Positions 8,072-16,780 of a stretch of DNA of 34,882 bases are shown here, piece by piece. A model generated the notes under the pieces. The model was not told the origin of the DNA. It worked only from the letters and a program-made list of their open reading frames with translations, and searched no databases. The DNA is from Chthoniobacterales bacterium (lineage in GTDB: Bacteria > Verrucomicrobiota > Verrucomicrobiia > Chthoniobacterales > JACTMZ01), in NCBI GenBank assembly GCA_017853515.1, contig JAFMJK010000003.1:1-34882 (forward strand). The letters are read 5' to 3'. The stretch's first letter is position 1; every line of letters starts with the position of its first letter. The translations under genes were made by a program, and so were the position numbers.

Positions 8072-11000
8072 GCTGTGCTGTTGGCTGGCTTTTCGGTGAA
8101 AGCCTGAGGCACGATTCGCTGCGAAGCGCGGCGTCCATATTGCCAGAAAACGAGCGGACGCACGACGAGATCGAGCAAGGTGCTGGTGAAAAGTCCGCAG
8201 AAGATGACCACCGCGACGGGGTGAAGGATCTCTTTGCCCGGCTGGTTGGCGCCGAGCAGCAGTGGAAAGAGGGCCAAGCCGGCGGTGAGAGCGGTCATGA
8301 GCACGGGCACGACGCGTTCCTGCGTGCCGCGCACGATCATCGCGCGGTCGAACTTCATCCCTTCCTCCCGCATGAGGTGCAGGTAGTGCGTGATCATCAT
8401 GATGCCGTTGCGCGCGGCAATGCCGGTCAGGGCGATGAAACCGACGAGGGAAGCGACGGAAAGCACGCCGCCGGAAAAAAACTTCACCCCGAAGACCGCG
8501 CCGACGAAAGCCAGCGGGATGTTGAGCATGACTTGGGCGGCAAAGGCCGTGCTGCGGAATTGCATGTAGAGGATGAAAAACATGGCGGCGAGACTGACCG
8601 TCCCGAGCACGAGAATGAGGCGCGAGGCCCCCGCCTCGCTCTCGAACTGTCCGCCGTAGGTGATGAAATAACCCTCGGGCAAAGCGACTTTTCGGGCCAC
8701 GGCCGCCTGCGCCTCTTGCACCGTGGAGACCAAGTCGCGGCCGGCCGCATTGGCCGAGACGTAAATGCGGCGCTGCGCGTTTTCGCGGTTGATCATGTTC
8801 GGACCCATGGCCTCGGAGACTTCGGCGACCAACCCGAGTGGCACGAGTTCGCCGCCGAGGGTGTCGATCGGAATCGCGCGGATGGCATCCAGATCCCTGC
8901 GGGCCTCGTCGGTGAGGCGCAACACGACATCGAAGGAACGCTGGCCCTCGAGCACTTCGGTCACCTCGACACCCCTGAGCGCCATGCCGGTGTAGAGCGC
9001 GGCTTCGCCGGGCCGGAGTCCGTAGGCCGCGCATTTGGCGCGATCGAAACGCACATGGACCTGCGGCACGAGAGTGACGCGTTCGATCTGGATATCGGTC
9101 AAGCCGCGCACCCCGGACACCGCGTCCCGCACTTCGGCGGCCAAGCGGCGCAATTCGTCAAGGTCGTCGCCGAAAATCTTGATGGCGATCTGCGCCTGCA
9201 CCCCGCTGAGGATGTGGTCGATCCGGTGCGAAATGGGCTGGCCGACGCTCACTCCCACCCCGGGCAGGTTGGCCAGACGTTCGCGGATGTCGGCGAGAAT
9301 CTCGGGTTTGGAGCGGTCGGAGGGTTCCAATTCGAATTCGATTTCCGTGGTGTTGACCTCGAGCACGTGTTCGTCGCCCTCGGCGCGTCCGGTGCGCCGG
9401 GCGATGGTGCGCGCCTCGGGCACGCCGGCCAGCAGTTGCTCGGCAATGCGGCTGATGCGGTTGCTTTCTTCCAAGGAAGTTCCCGGGGCGGAAACGACAA
9501 ACGCGGTGATGCTGCCCTCGTTGAATTCCGGCAGGAATTCGCGGCCGAAAGTCGGCGCGGTGACCAGCGCCGCGGCAAAGAGCGCTCCGGCCACGAGATA
9601 GACGCGCTTCGGCGCGGCGAACCCGATGTCGAGAAGGCGTGCCTCGAGGGCTTTGATCCGCCGCACCAGCCAGCCGTCGCTCCGGTGTTCCATGCGCTTC
9701 ATTCGCGGCAACAGCAGCGCACAAAGCGCGGGGGTGACAGTCAGCGAGACCAGCAGCGAGGCAAGGATCGACACCATGTAGGCCACCGCGAGCGGCGTGA
9801 AGATGCGGCCCTCGATTCCTTGCAGGGCGAAGAGCGGGAGAAAGACGAGGACAACGAGGATGGTGGCATAGACGATGGAATTTCGGATCTCGCGCGAGGC
9901 GGACACCACCACCTCGAGCACGGGCCGCGGCTGCGCGGCATGCCGGTTCTCGCGCAGGCGGCGGAAGACGTTCTCCACATCGACAATGGCATCGTCGACC
10001 AACTCGCCGATGGCCACGGCCAACCCGCCCAAGGTCATGGTGTTGATTCCGATCCCCGCCATTTTGAAAACGATGAAGGTGAGCAGCAGGGAGAGCGGGA
10101 TGGCTGTCAGCGTGATGGCCGTGGTGCGGAAATTGAGGAGAAAAATAAAAAGCACGACCGCCACCATGATGCTGCCGTCGCGCAGGGCCTCTTCCACGTT
10201 GCGCACGGCGCGTTCGATGAAGTTGCTCTGACGGAATATATCCGCGTGCACGAGCACTCCCTCCGGCAGACTCGTCCTGATCATTTCCAGCTCCGTCTCG
10301 ATTTTGCGGGTCAGCGAAATGGTGTCCGCCCCGGGTTGCTTTTGCACGGTGAGGATGACGCCGGGTTTTCCGTCTATGCCGGCATCGCCGCGCTTGTGCA
10401 TCGCCGCGCCTTCGCGCACCTCGGCGATTTGTCCGAGCAGGATACTCGAGCCATCGGGGAGAACTTTCACCACCGTGGCGGCCAGATCGTCCGCCGTTTC
10501 CACCCGGGCGAGATTGCGGATGAGCATCTCGGAATGGGCATCGGGCAGGAAGCCTCCGGAGGAGTTGACGTTGGATTCGTCGATGGCGGTCTGCACTTCG
10601 TGCAGCGAGATGCGATTGGCCGCGAGTTTGACCGGATCAACCAGCACCTGGTATTGCCGCACATCGCCGCCCATCACGGTGACTTGGGACACGCCGGGGA
10701 CACTCATCAGCCGCCGCCGCAGATCCCAGCCGGCCAAGGTGCGCAATTGCATCGGACCGACCTCGGGATTTTCGCTGGTCAGACCAATCGCCATGATTTG
10801 CCCCATGATCGAAGAGACCGGGCCGAGAAACGGCCGGACGTCGCGCGGCAAGGACGGGGTCACTTCCGCCACCTTTTCCCCGACGATCTGCCGCGCGCGG
10901 TAGACGTCTGTATCCCAGCCGAACTCGACAAAAACGAGAGACAGACCGATGCCGGACATGGAACGGACGCGCTCCACCCCGGCCGCCCCATTGACCGCCG

Positions 11001-11211
11001 TCTCAAGCGGCAAGGTGACTTGCAACTCCACCTCGTCGGGCGCGAGACCCGGAGCTTCGGTGAAAATGGTAACCGTCGGACGATTCAGATCCGGAAAGAC
11101 ATCGACCGGAATCCGGTTGAGCACATAGCCCCCGTAAGCGGCAAGCAGAGCGGCCACGACAACCACCAAAAGGCGGTTGCGCACGGAAAAGGCGATGAGG
11201 CGGTCGAACAT
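8068..11211 (-). CDS. CusA/CzcA-family heavy-metal efflux RND permease
   Basis: 1047 aa. Motifs PVDVFPDL, APGLAPDEVE, AIGELVDDAIVDVEN, EGRIFTPLA, GREFLPEFNEG, GFIALTGIAARNGI, ERVVPVLMTAL. Confidence 0.95.
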   Translation of the reverse strand: MFDRLIAFSVRNRLLVVVVAALLAAYGGYVLNRIPVDVFPDLNRPTVTIFTEAPGLAPDEVELQVTLPLETAVNGAAGVERVRSMSGIGLSLVFVEFGWDTDVYRARQIVGEKVAEVTPSLPRDVRPFLGPVSSIMGQIMAIGLTSENPEVGPMQLRTLAGWDLRRRLMSVPGVSQVTVMGGDVRQYQVLVDPVKLAANRISLHEVQTAIDESNVNSSGGFLPDAHSEMLIRNLARVETADDLAATVVKVLPDGSSILLGQIAEVREGAAMHKRGDAGIDGKPGVILTVQKQPGADTISLTRKIETELEMIRTSLPEGVLVHADIFRQSNFIERAVRNVEEALRDGSIMVAVVLFIFLLNFRTTAITLTAIPLSLLLTFIVFKMAGIGINTMTLGGLAVAIGELVDDAIVDVENVFRRLRENRHAAQPRPVLEVVVSASREIRNSIVYATILVVLVFLPLFALQGIEGRIFTPLAVAYMVSILASLLVSLTVTPALCALLLPRMKRMEHRSDGWLVRRIKALEARLLDIGFAAPKRVYLVAGALFAAALVTAPTFGREFLPEFNEGSITAFVVSAPGTSLEESNRISRIAEQLLAGVPEARTIARRTGRAEGDEHVLEVNTTEIEFELEPSDRSKPEILADIRERLANLPGVGVSVGQPISHRIDHILSGVQAQIAIKIFGDDLDELRRLAAEVRDAVSGVRGLTDIQIERVTLVPQVHVRFDRAKCAAYGLRPGEAALYTGMALRGVEVTEVLEGQRSFDVVLRLTDEARRDLDAIRAIPIDTLGGELVPLGLVAEVSEAMGPNMINRENAQRRIYVSANAAGRDLVSTVQEAQAAVARKVALPEGYFITYGGQFESEAGASRLILVLGTVSLAAMFFILYMQFRSTAFAAQVMLNIPLAFVGAVFGVKFFSGGVLSVASLVGFIALTGIAARNGIMMITHYLHLMREEGMKFDRAMIVRGTQERVVPVLMTALTAGLALFPLLLGANQPGKEILHPVAVVIFCGLFTSTLLDLVVRPLVFWQYGRRASQRIVPQAFTEKPANSTA

Positions 11212-11214
11212 GGA

Positions 11215-12168
11215 TCAGTGCGCGTGGTCGTGTCCGCCGTCTCCGGCCGGCGCCGCTATGTTCGTGGTGTATTGCAACTGGTAGTGCCCGTTGGTCACGA
11301 CGACATCGCCGGGCAGCACGCCTTCGACGATTTCCACCCGGTCGCCCGAGACTGTTCCCGTCATCACCTCGCGCCGCTCGAAGTGCAGCGGTTCGGTCTG
11401 CACGTAGACGAACCTGGCTCCGAGCCGCCCGAGCACGGCGCGACGCGGCACGGACACCACGCTCTGCGGCGCGCCGGTTTCGATGAGCATGCGACCGCGG
11501 TAGTTGGGGTGCAGTTTATCCGCGGGATTCGGCACGAGGGCGTAGATGTGGAAGAAGGCACTGCCGTCGAGATGCCCGGGATCCACCCGTTGCACCACGC
11601 CCTCGAAGCGTTCGCCGGGAAAAACGTCGAGCAAGACCACGACTTTCTGTCCGGATGCGATGCGCGTCAGTTCCGGCGATTGGTAGAAACTCCCGCGGGC
11701 CAGCAGTTCGCGGTAATCGCCCGTTTGCATCAGCGTGGTCTCCGGGGTGAAGGGCAGACCGATGACCGCGTCCTGCTCGAACACGATGCCGTCGAGCGGT
11801 GCACGGATTTCTTGCGACGGACTGCCCACGGCCAACGGCGTGACGCGCAGCAATGGCTGATCGCGCTTCACGTGGTCGCCGAGTTTGGCCAGCAGAGCGG
11901 TAACGCGTCCGGGAAACGGCGCCGTGATGCGTGCATGACGCTCCGGGGGCAGAACAAAGACGGCGGGCACTTCCAAGGTCGGGGCCAGCTCGATGATTTC
12001 CGCCTCCACAGTCTGCATGCCGAGGTTGGCCGCCTGTTGTGCGGTCAGCTCGACCGGGCCGTCCTGTGGCGCTGCTCCGCCCGGTTCGGACGGATGATCG
12101 TGGCCGGGACCGGCGTGCAGGGGCATCGCCGCCGCGAGTAGGCAGAATAAGGCAAGTGTTCGTGTCAT
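11215..12168 (-). CDS. RND efflux membrane-fusion (periplasmic adaptor) protein, CzcB/CusB-like
   Basis: Signal peptide, GPGHDH N-terminus, lipoyl half-motifs ITAPFPGRV...GDHVKRDQPL and IRAPLDGIV, VPRRAV, GDVVVTNG, C-terminal GHDHAH. Confidence 0.92.
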   Translation of the reverse strand: MTRTLALFCLLAAAMPLHAGPGHDHPSEPGGAAPQDGPVELTAQQAANLGMQTVEAEIIELAPTLEVPAVFVLPPERHARITAPFPGRVTALLAKLGDHVKRDQPLLRVTPLAVGSPSQEIRAPLDGIVFEQDAVIGLPFTPETTLMQTGDYRELLARGSFYQSPELTRIASGQKVVVLLDVFPGERFEGVVQRVDPGHLDGSAFFHIYALVPNPADKLHPNYRGRMLIETGAPQSVVSVPRRAVLGRLGARFVYVQTEPLHFERREVMTGTVSGDRVEIVEGVLPGDVVVTNGHYQLQYTTNIAAPAGDGGHDHAH

Positions 12169-13472
12169 GGTTGTTTGCTCCGATGCAGGGGTTTTTCCTC
12201 CAGGTAAGGCGCAGCCACCGCCGGATGCGTGCCCGCGGCGGATTCCAGTTCGACCAAGGCGAGGCCGAGATCCTCGAGGATCTTGGTCGACTCGATGCGG
12301 AGGCTCGCGTTCTGCGCGCGCACGAAAAGCAGGTCGCGCGCGTCGACGCGTCCTTCCTCGAACCCCTTGGCCATATCGCGCTCGGCTTCATCGATGACCG
12401 GCTGCGTGTCGCGTCCGTAGACCCGCGATTGCTGTTCGATCAACGACACGCGACGGCGGGCGGCGGCGATGCCGTTGGCCACCTCGAGTTCGAGCGCGCG
12501 CACCTGTGCCGCCCGCTGTTCCTCGGCAGCTTGGTTTGCCTCGATCTCGCCCTTCTTGGTGTCCCACACCGGCAGAGGGAGGCTCACTTTCACGCCGAGA
12601 AAATTTCCCTGGTCCACGCCCGCGGGTGCATCGACGGAGCGGTCTTGCATGTATTCCACGCCGACACGGATTCCTTCCCACGCGCTCGCTTTGGCCAGAC
12701 GTGTTTCCGCCCCGGCCCGGTCGAGAGCCAACAAGGCAAGCTCCACGTCCGGGCGGTAGGACGCACCGGATGCCGCGGCGCGCTGGCGCAGGGCATCGAC
12801 CGCAGATTCCAGAGATTGTGTCAATTCGAGGCGGGCGCCGGCTGGCAAACCCAGCGCCGTTTTCAATTCGAGCAGCAGTTTCTCGGCGCCGGTCGCCGCG
12901 GTGGTCGATTGCATGGTCCAGGTCTGCTCCTCGACCCGGGCGAGAGCCGACTCCGAAAGCGAGCCCTGGCCGGCGGCAATGCGCTCGGCAGCAAGGCCGG
13001 CCAGCTTGGCCGCTTCGGTCCGTGCGTTGCGACCATCCGCCTCGCGTTTCCGCGCGGCCTGGGTGCGGATATAGAGCTCCTGCACGCGGGCGATGAGCAG
13101 ACGTTCCTCGTTGCGCACCTCGCGCAGCGCTTCGGCCACGCCGACACGACTCACTTCACGCGCGAGGGAGAGTCGCGCCGTGAGGGGCAGCGCCTGATGC
13201 AGTCCGATGGTGAAAACACCTTCGTCGCCGGCGCCATCGACAAATCCGTTGAAGCCGTTGAATTCCAGCTCGGGATTCGGCAGGAGCCCGGACTGTCGCA
13301 AGCGGCCTTCCGCTTTTTTCACGGCGAAACGCGCGGCGACCAGTTCGCGGTTCCCCATAAGCGCCGCTTGCACCGCGCTCTCCATCGAGAGGGAGGCGGC
13401 GCGCGCATCGGACACGGCGACAATCGCGCACAGCGCGATGGTTATTTTCAAAATGTGCTGCTGTTGTTTCAT
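12165..13472 (-). CDS. TolC/CzcC-family outer membrane efflux protein
   Basis: Motifs LLPNPEL, RPDV, SLPLPVWD, GFEEG. Start re-assigned to MKQQQHILK (ATG 13472), which is followed by a signal peptide. Stop overlaps the MFP start. Confidence 0.9.
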   Translation of the reverse strand: MKQQQHILKITIALCAIVAVSDARAASLSMESAVQAALMGNRELVAARFAVKKAEGRLRQSGLLPNPELEFNGFNGFVDGAGDEGVFTIGLHQALPLTARLSLAREVSRVGVAEALREVRNEERLLIARVQELYIRTQAARKREADGRNARTEAAKLAGLAAERIAAGQGSLSESALARVEEQTWTMQSTTAATGAEKLLLELKTALGLPAGARLELTQSLESAVDALRQRAAASGASYRPDVELALLALDRAGAETRLAKASAWEGIRVGVEYMQDRSVDAPAGVDQGNFLGVKVSLPLPVWDTKKGEIEANQAAEEQRAAQVRALELEVANGIAAARRRVSLIEQQSRVYGRDTQPVIDEAERDMAKGFEEGRVDARDLLFVRAQNASLRIESTKILEDLGLALVELESAAGTHPAVAAPYLEEKPLHRSKQP

Positions 13473-13502
13473 AATCGTGATGGCCGGCAGATTGTGGGGC
13501 CG

Positions 13503-13588
13503 CGCCGGTCGGCGGCGTGAAGGCATCCGGAAGGATGCGACAGCCCGGCAGGCATGCCGGGGCGAGCGACGGGCACACTTCGCCCGTC
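13503..13588 (-). promoter_or_regulatory. Array of four short GC-rich hairpins between the uORF stop and the TolC start
   Basis: Stems CGCCG/CGGCG (13503-13517), GCATCC/GGATGC (13523-13538), CCCGGCA/TGCCGGG (13544-13561), GACGGGC/GCCCGTC (13568-13588). Confidence 0.5.
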
Positions 13589-13593
13589 AACGG

Positions 13594-13914
13594 TCAGGAC
13601 AACTGCGGCGGATGATCGATCGAGGAAACCGGCGGTGCGGGCGCGGCGAGAAACATCGGGGAAACATCGGCGATGGTTTCGGCGAAAGTAAGCAGAAACA
13701 TGCCGTCCATGAGCGCGGGCGCGTGATCATGCGAGGCGCAGCCGTGGTCATGGTGCGACCCGCTGTCTTCCGCCTCGCCGTCGGCATGGGTATGCGCCAC
13801 GCAATCCGCATGGGTGGCAATCTCCCAGTGCTCGAGCGCATGAGTGGCGTGGGCCACGGCCAAAAGCGACAAACCAGCCAGCCAAAAAATGCGGAATCGG
13901 CGTCCAGAGGTCAT
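13594..13914 (-). CDS. His-rich upstream ORF (106 aa), CzcI/DUF2946-like architecture with C-terminal IDHPP motif
   Basis: MTSGRRFRIFWLAGLSLLAVAHA (signal or TM), His/Cys cluster HADCVAHTH...HHDHGCASHDH, Pro-rich tail APAPPVSSIDHPPQLS. Lies just downstream of a putative promoter. Confidence 0.75.
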   Translation of the reverse strand: MTSGRRFRIFWLAGLSLLAVAHATHALEHWEIATHADCVAHTHADGEAEDSGSHHDHGCASHDHAPALMDGMFLLTFAETIADVSPMFLAAPAPPVSSIDHPPQLS

Positions 13915-13924
13915 CAAAAACCCC

Positions 13925-13952
13925 AAACTAGGCAGTGGTGTCGCCTGGTCAA
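13925..13952 (-). promoter_or_regulatory. Putative sigma70-type promoter TTGACC-N16-TAGTTT for the uORF-RND operon
   Basis: Minus-strand TTGACC at 13952-13947 and TAGTTT at 13930-13925, 10 nt before the ATG at 13914. Confidence 0.55.
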
Positions 13953-14126
13953 ACCCTTTCACTGAAGCCCAACGGCCCGCGCCGTCCGACGCTTCGCGGA
14001 CTTCGGGCCCTGCTCTTGGCAAAGAGGTGTTTCCGCATTTCTCTTTTCGGAAAGAAGGCATACCTGTCCCCGCCGCCGGCGTCCTGAAGTTGCCAAAAGC
14101 GTCCGCGAAACGTAACAATCCCCGCC

Positions 14127-15374
14127 ATGTCCACCGTTCTCGAGACGCCCGATGCCGCCGCGCGCACCCGCGCAGTCGAGGCGGAAGCCCGCCGCAATGG
14201 GGAACTGCTCGGAGAGACCGTGACGCTCAACATGGGTCCGTCGCACCCTTCGACCCACGGCGTGCTGCGCATCGTGCTCGAGTTGGACGGCGAAATCATC
14301 ACCAAGGCGGACGTCGACATCGGTTACCTGCACCGCGGCGACGAGAAGATCGCCGAGAACATGCAATACAACCAGTTCGTGCCCTACACGGACCGGCTGG
14401 ATTATCTCGCCCCGCTGGCCAACAACGTGGCCTACGCGCTGGCGGTGGAAAAATTGATGGGGTGGACGCTGCCGGCGCGCGGCCAGGCGATCCGCGTGAT
14501 CTGCTGCGAGTTGGCCCGCATTTCCTCGCACCTGCTCGGCATCGGGGCCTATGCCATGGACATCGGCGCGATGACCGTTTTTCTCTACACCTTCAAGCAT
14601 CGCGAGGTGGTCTACAACCTGACCGAGCAGTTGACCGGCGCGCGTTTCACCACGTCCTACACGCGGGTGGGGGGAATGACGCGCGATATGCCGGCGGGGT
14701 TCGATCGCCAGGTGCGCGATTTCATCGACGGACTGCTGCCCAGCCTCGACGAGGTCGACAAATTGCTCACCCGCAATCCGATCTGGCTCGACCGCACGAA
14801 AAATGTCGGCGTGATCAGCGGAGCCGATGCGATCGCCTACGGGCTCACCGGTCCCAACCTGCGCGGCTCCGGTGTGGATCACGATTTGCGCAAGGCGCAT
14901 CCGTATCTCGGCTACGAGCAATACGATTTCGATGTGCCGGTTGGTTCGGTCGGCGACTGCTTCGACCGCTACCTCGTGCGCATGGAAGAAATGCGCCAAA
15001 GCACGCGCATCATCCTGCAGGCGCTCGATCGCATGCCATCAGGACCGATCTGCGTGGAGGATCCGAAAAACATTTTGCCGAAGAAAACCGACGTGATGAC
15101 CAAGATGGAGGAACTGATCCACCAGTTCATCATCACCACGCAGGGGATCGATGCGCCGGTCGGGGAAGTTTATTTCGGCGCGGAGAATCCCAAGGGCGAG
15201 CTCGGCTTTTACATCTGCAGCAAGGGCGGCGGCGTGCCATACCGTCTGAAAATCCGCGCGCCCAGCTTTGCCAATCTGAGCATCATTCCGGGTCTTCTTC
15301 CCGGCCACTACGTGAGCGACGTGCCCGCCATTCTCGGCAGCATCGACTTCGTGATGGGCGAGTGCGACCGGTAG
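14127..15374 (+). CDS. nuoD: NADH-quinone oxidoreductase subunit D
   Basis: Motifs LNMGPSHPSTHGVLR, IGYLHRG.EK, TDRLDY, GDCFDRY..RMEEM, ENPKGELG, RLKIRAPSF, C-terminal DFVMGECDR. Confidence 0.96.
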   Translation: MSTVLETPDAAARTRAVEAEARRNGELLGETVTLNMGPSHPSTHGVLRIVLELDGEIITKADVDIGYLHRGDEKIAENMQYNQFVPYTDRLDYLAPLANNVAYALAVEKLMGWTLPARGQAIRVICCELARISSHLLGIGAYAMDIGAMTVFLYTFKHREVVYNLTEQLTGARFTTSYTRVGGMTRDMPAGFDRQVRDFIDGLLPSLDEVDKLLTRNPIWLDRTKNVGVISGADAIAYGLTGPNLRGSGVDHDLRKAHPYLGYEQYDFDVPVGSVGDCFDRYLVRMEEMRQSTRIILQALDRMPSGPICVEDPKNILPKKTDVMTKMEELIHQFIITTQGIDAPVGEVYFGAENPKGELGFYICSKGGGVPYRLKIRAPSFANLSIIPGLLPGHYVSDVPAILGSIDFVMGECDR

Positions 15375-15383
15375 GAAGTTTGC

Positions 15384-15409
15384 GGACGGCTGGGCCAGCC
15401 GTCCCTACC
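15384..15409 (-). repeat. GTAG-type REP-like palindrome (type A) between convergent nuoD and infA
   Basis: GGACGGCTGG-g-CCAGCCGTCC-CTACC; reverse complement begins GGTAG followed by the stem. Confidence 0.65.
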
Positions 15410-15426
15410 GGAGAAAACGAAACGAC

Positions 15427-15451
15427 CGGCGGCGAGGACGCCGCCGCTACA
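15427..15451 (-). repeat. GTAG-type REP-like palindrome (type B) between convergent nuoD and infA
   Basis: CGGCGGCG-agga-CGCCGCCG-CTACA; reverse complement begins TGTAGCGGCGG, like the element at 59-95. Confidence 0.65.
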
Positions 15452-15455
15452 TGTG

Positions 15456-15674
15456 TCACCGCTCGCGGTAAGTGATGCGCGCCTTGGTCAGGTCGTAGGG
15501 GGAAATTTCGATCTGCACTTTGTCGCCCGGGACGATGCGCACGAAATGTTTGCGCATCTTGCCGCCGATGTGCGCGAGCACGACGGTTCCATTGGTCAAT
15601 TTCACGCGGAACATCGTGCCGGGGAGCACCTCGACAACGACGCCTTCTGCGGGAATGGACTCTTCTTTGGCCAT
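15456..15674 (-). CDS. infA: Translation initiation factor IF-1
   Basis: 72 aa: [57 protein letters not shown]. Confidence 0.97.
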   Translation of the reverse strand: MAKEESIPAEGVVVEVLPGTMFRVKLTNGTVVLAHIGGKMRKHFVRIVPGDKVQIEISPYDLTKARITYRER

Positions 15675-15697
15675 GGAGTCCGAGCAGTGAATCCTGC

Positions 15698-16780
15698 TTA
15701 CGACTCGAAATCAACCCACTTGACCAAAGAAGCGAGGCGGGGCACGCCGCCATTGTGCCAGGTCCAGTGCGGATCCTGCATGCGTCCGATGGCGCAAAAC
15801 CGCGACGGGCGCAGCGCGGCGAAGCGGTCGGCCAGTTCCTCCGTGCAGGGAAAAAGCCCGACCGCGCCGATGTATTCGGAGGCCGGACCGATCGACGAGG
15901 GCAGACCCTCCGGCAGCGGTTTGACGAAAATGACGCGGTTGAGCGGCGAGGCGGGAAACCACGCGTCTTCTTCGTAGACCACGGTCCAATCGAGATTCGC
16001 ACCCCCCTCCCAAAGGGCCACGCGCAGATCGCCCGCGGCGCGGAAGCGATAGGCGGCGCGGAGGTTGGCGATGGCCGCCTTTTCTTCCGTGGTGAGCGGA
16101 CCGCGCGGATGCGTGCGGTTGAAGCGGTCCATGGCCGAGGCGAGATGTTCCGCATATTCCCGCGCAAATCCGGAAGGCGTGTCCCGCACATAAAAAACCT
16201 GCGGGGAAAGGCATCCCTGCTGATCGAAGAGCGAAGCGTCGCGCGCGGCTCCGTCGCACGAGACAAAATGCGGATCGTCCCAAATGACGCCCAAGCTCGC
16301 CTTGTGCCCGTATCCGATAAAAATTTGCGAAGGCGAGGCCAGCCCGCGAAATCGCGCGACGGTCTCGTCCGAGCCGTAGACCACCACCGCTTCGGCTTCC
16401 GCCAGCCAACCCGGAGGCAACTCTTCCGCGGTTTGGACCTTTGCGCGCAACTCCTCGGGCAGGCGGGTGACAAAATCGCCGATCTCGGCGATCCCGCCGC
16501 GCGGAAGTTTGACCAGATTGCGGCTGCCGAGAAGCAATCCGCCGACGATCGATTGCAGCGCGGCGTGCGGCGTGTTGCCGCTGACCACGTGAAGAATGGT
16601 CTCGGGCGCAAAGGCTTTCGTCCTGCCCTTGCCGTAATCCACCCACTCGTCGATCGCACCGGCATGACCCAGCTCCAGAGCCAACCAAGCCAACAAGTCG
16701 TCCGCCCCCGTCGCACCGAGCAGGGCGCGAAATGGACCGGCCGCGACGGCCAGGGTCCCGGCTCTCTGCGCCGAGGTCAC
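15698..16780 (-). CDS. LuxC-like acyl-CoA / acyl-protein reductase
   Basis: Motifs [33 protein letters not shown], catalytic-Cys motif [20 protein letters not shown]...WHNGG. GTG start at 16780 overlaps the hppA stop (GTGA). Confidence 0.85.
   Translation of the reverse strand: MTSAQRAGTLAVAAGPFRALLGATGADDLLAWLALELGHAGAIDEWVDYGKGRTKAFAPETILHVVSGNTPHAALQSIVGGLLLGSRNLVKLPRGGIAEIGDFVTRLPEELRAKVQTAEELPPGWLAEAEAVVVYGSDETVARFRGLASPSQIFIGYGHKASLGVIWDDPHFVSCDGAARDASLFDQQGCLSPQVFYVRDTPSGFAREYAEHLASAMDRFNRTHPRGPLTTEEKAAIANLRAAYRFRAAGDLRVALWEGGANLDWTVVYEEDAWFPASPLNRVIFVKPLPEGLPSSIGPASEYIGAVGLFPCTEELADRFAALRPSRFCAIGRMQDPHWTWHNGGVPRLASLVKWVDFES

Noticed and set aside
8140-12141. 1333-aa plus-strand ORF
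   Set aside because: Antisense shadow of the RND pump and MFP genes. It has no recognisable motifs, and long stop-free antisense frames are expected in high-GC coding DNA.
13955-14085. Possible NiCo (czcD) riboswitch upstream of the metal efflux operon (minus strand contains GAGCAGG and GGGCCG)
   Set aside because: The rest of the four-way-junction consensus is not recognisable, and the segment lies upstream of the predicted promoter. An Infernal/Rfam search would settle it.
7539-14126. Metal-efflux operon as a mobile genomic island
   Set aside because: No integrase, transposase, tRNA or flanking direct repeats were seen, and a composition shift could not be established by eye.
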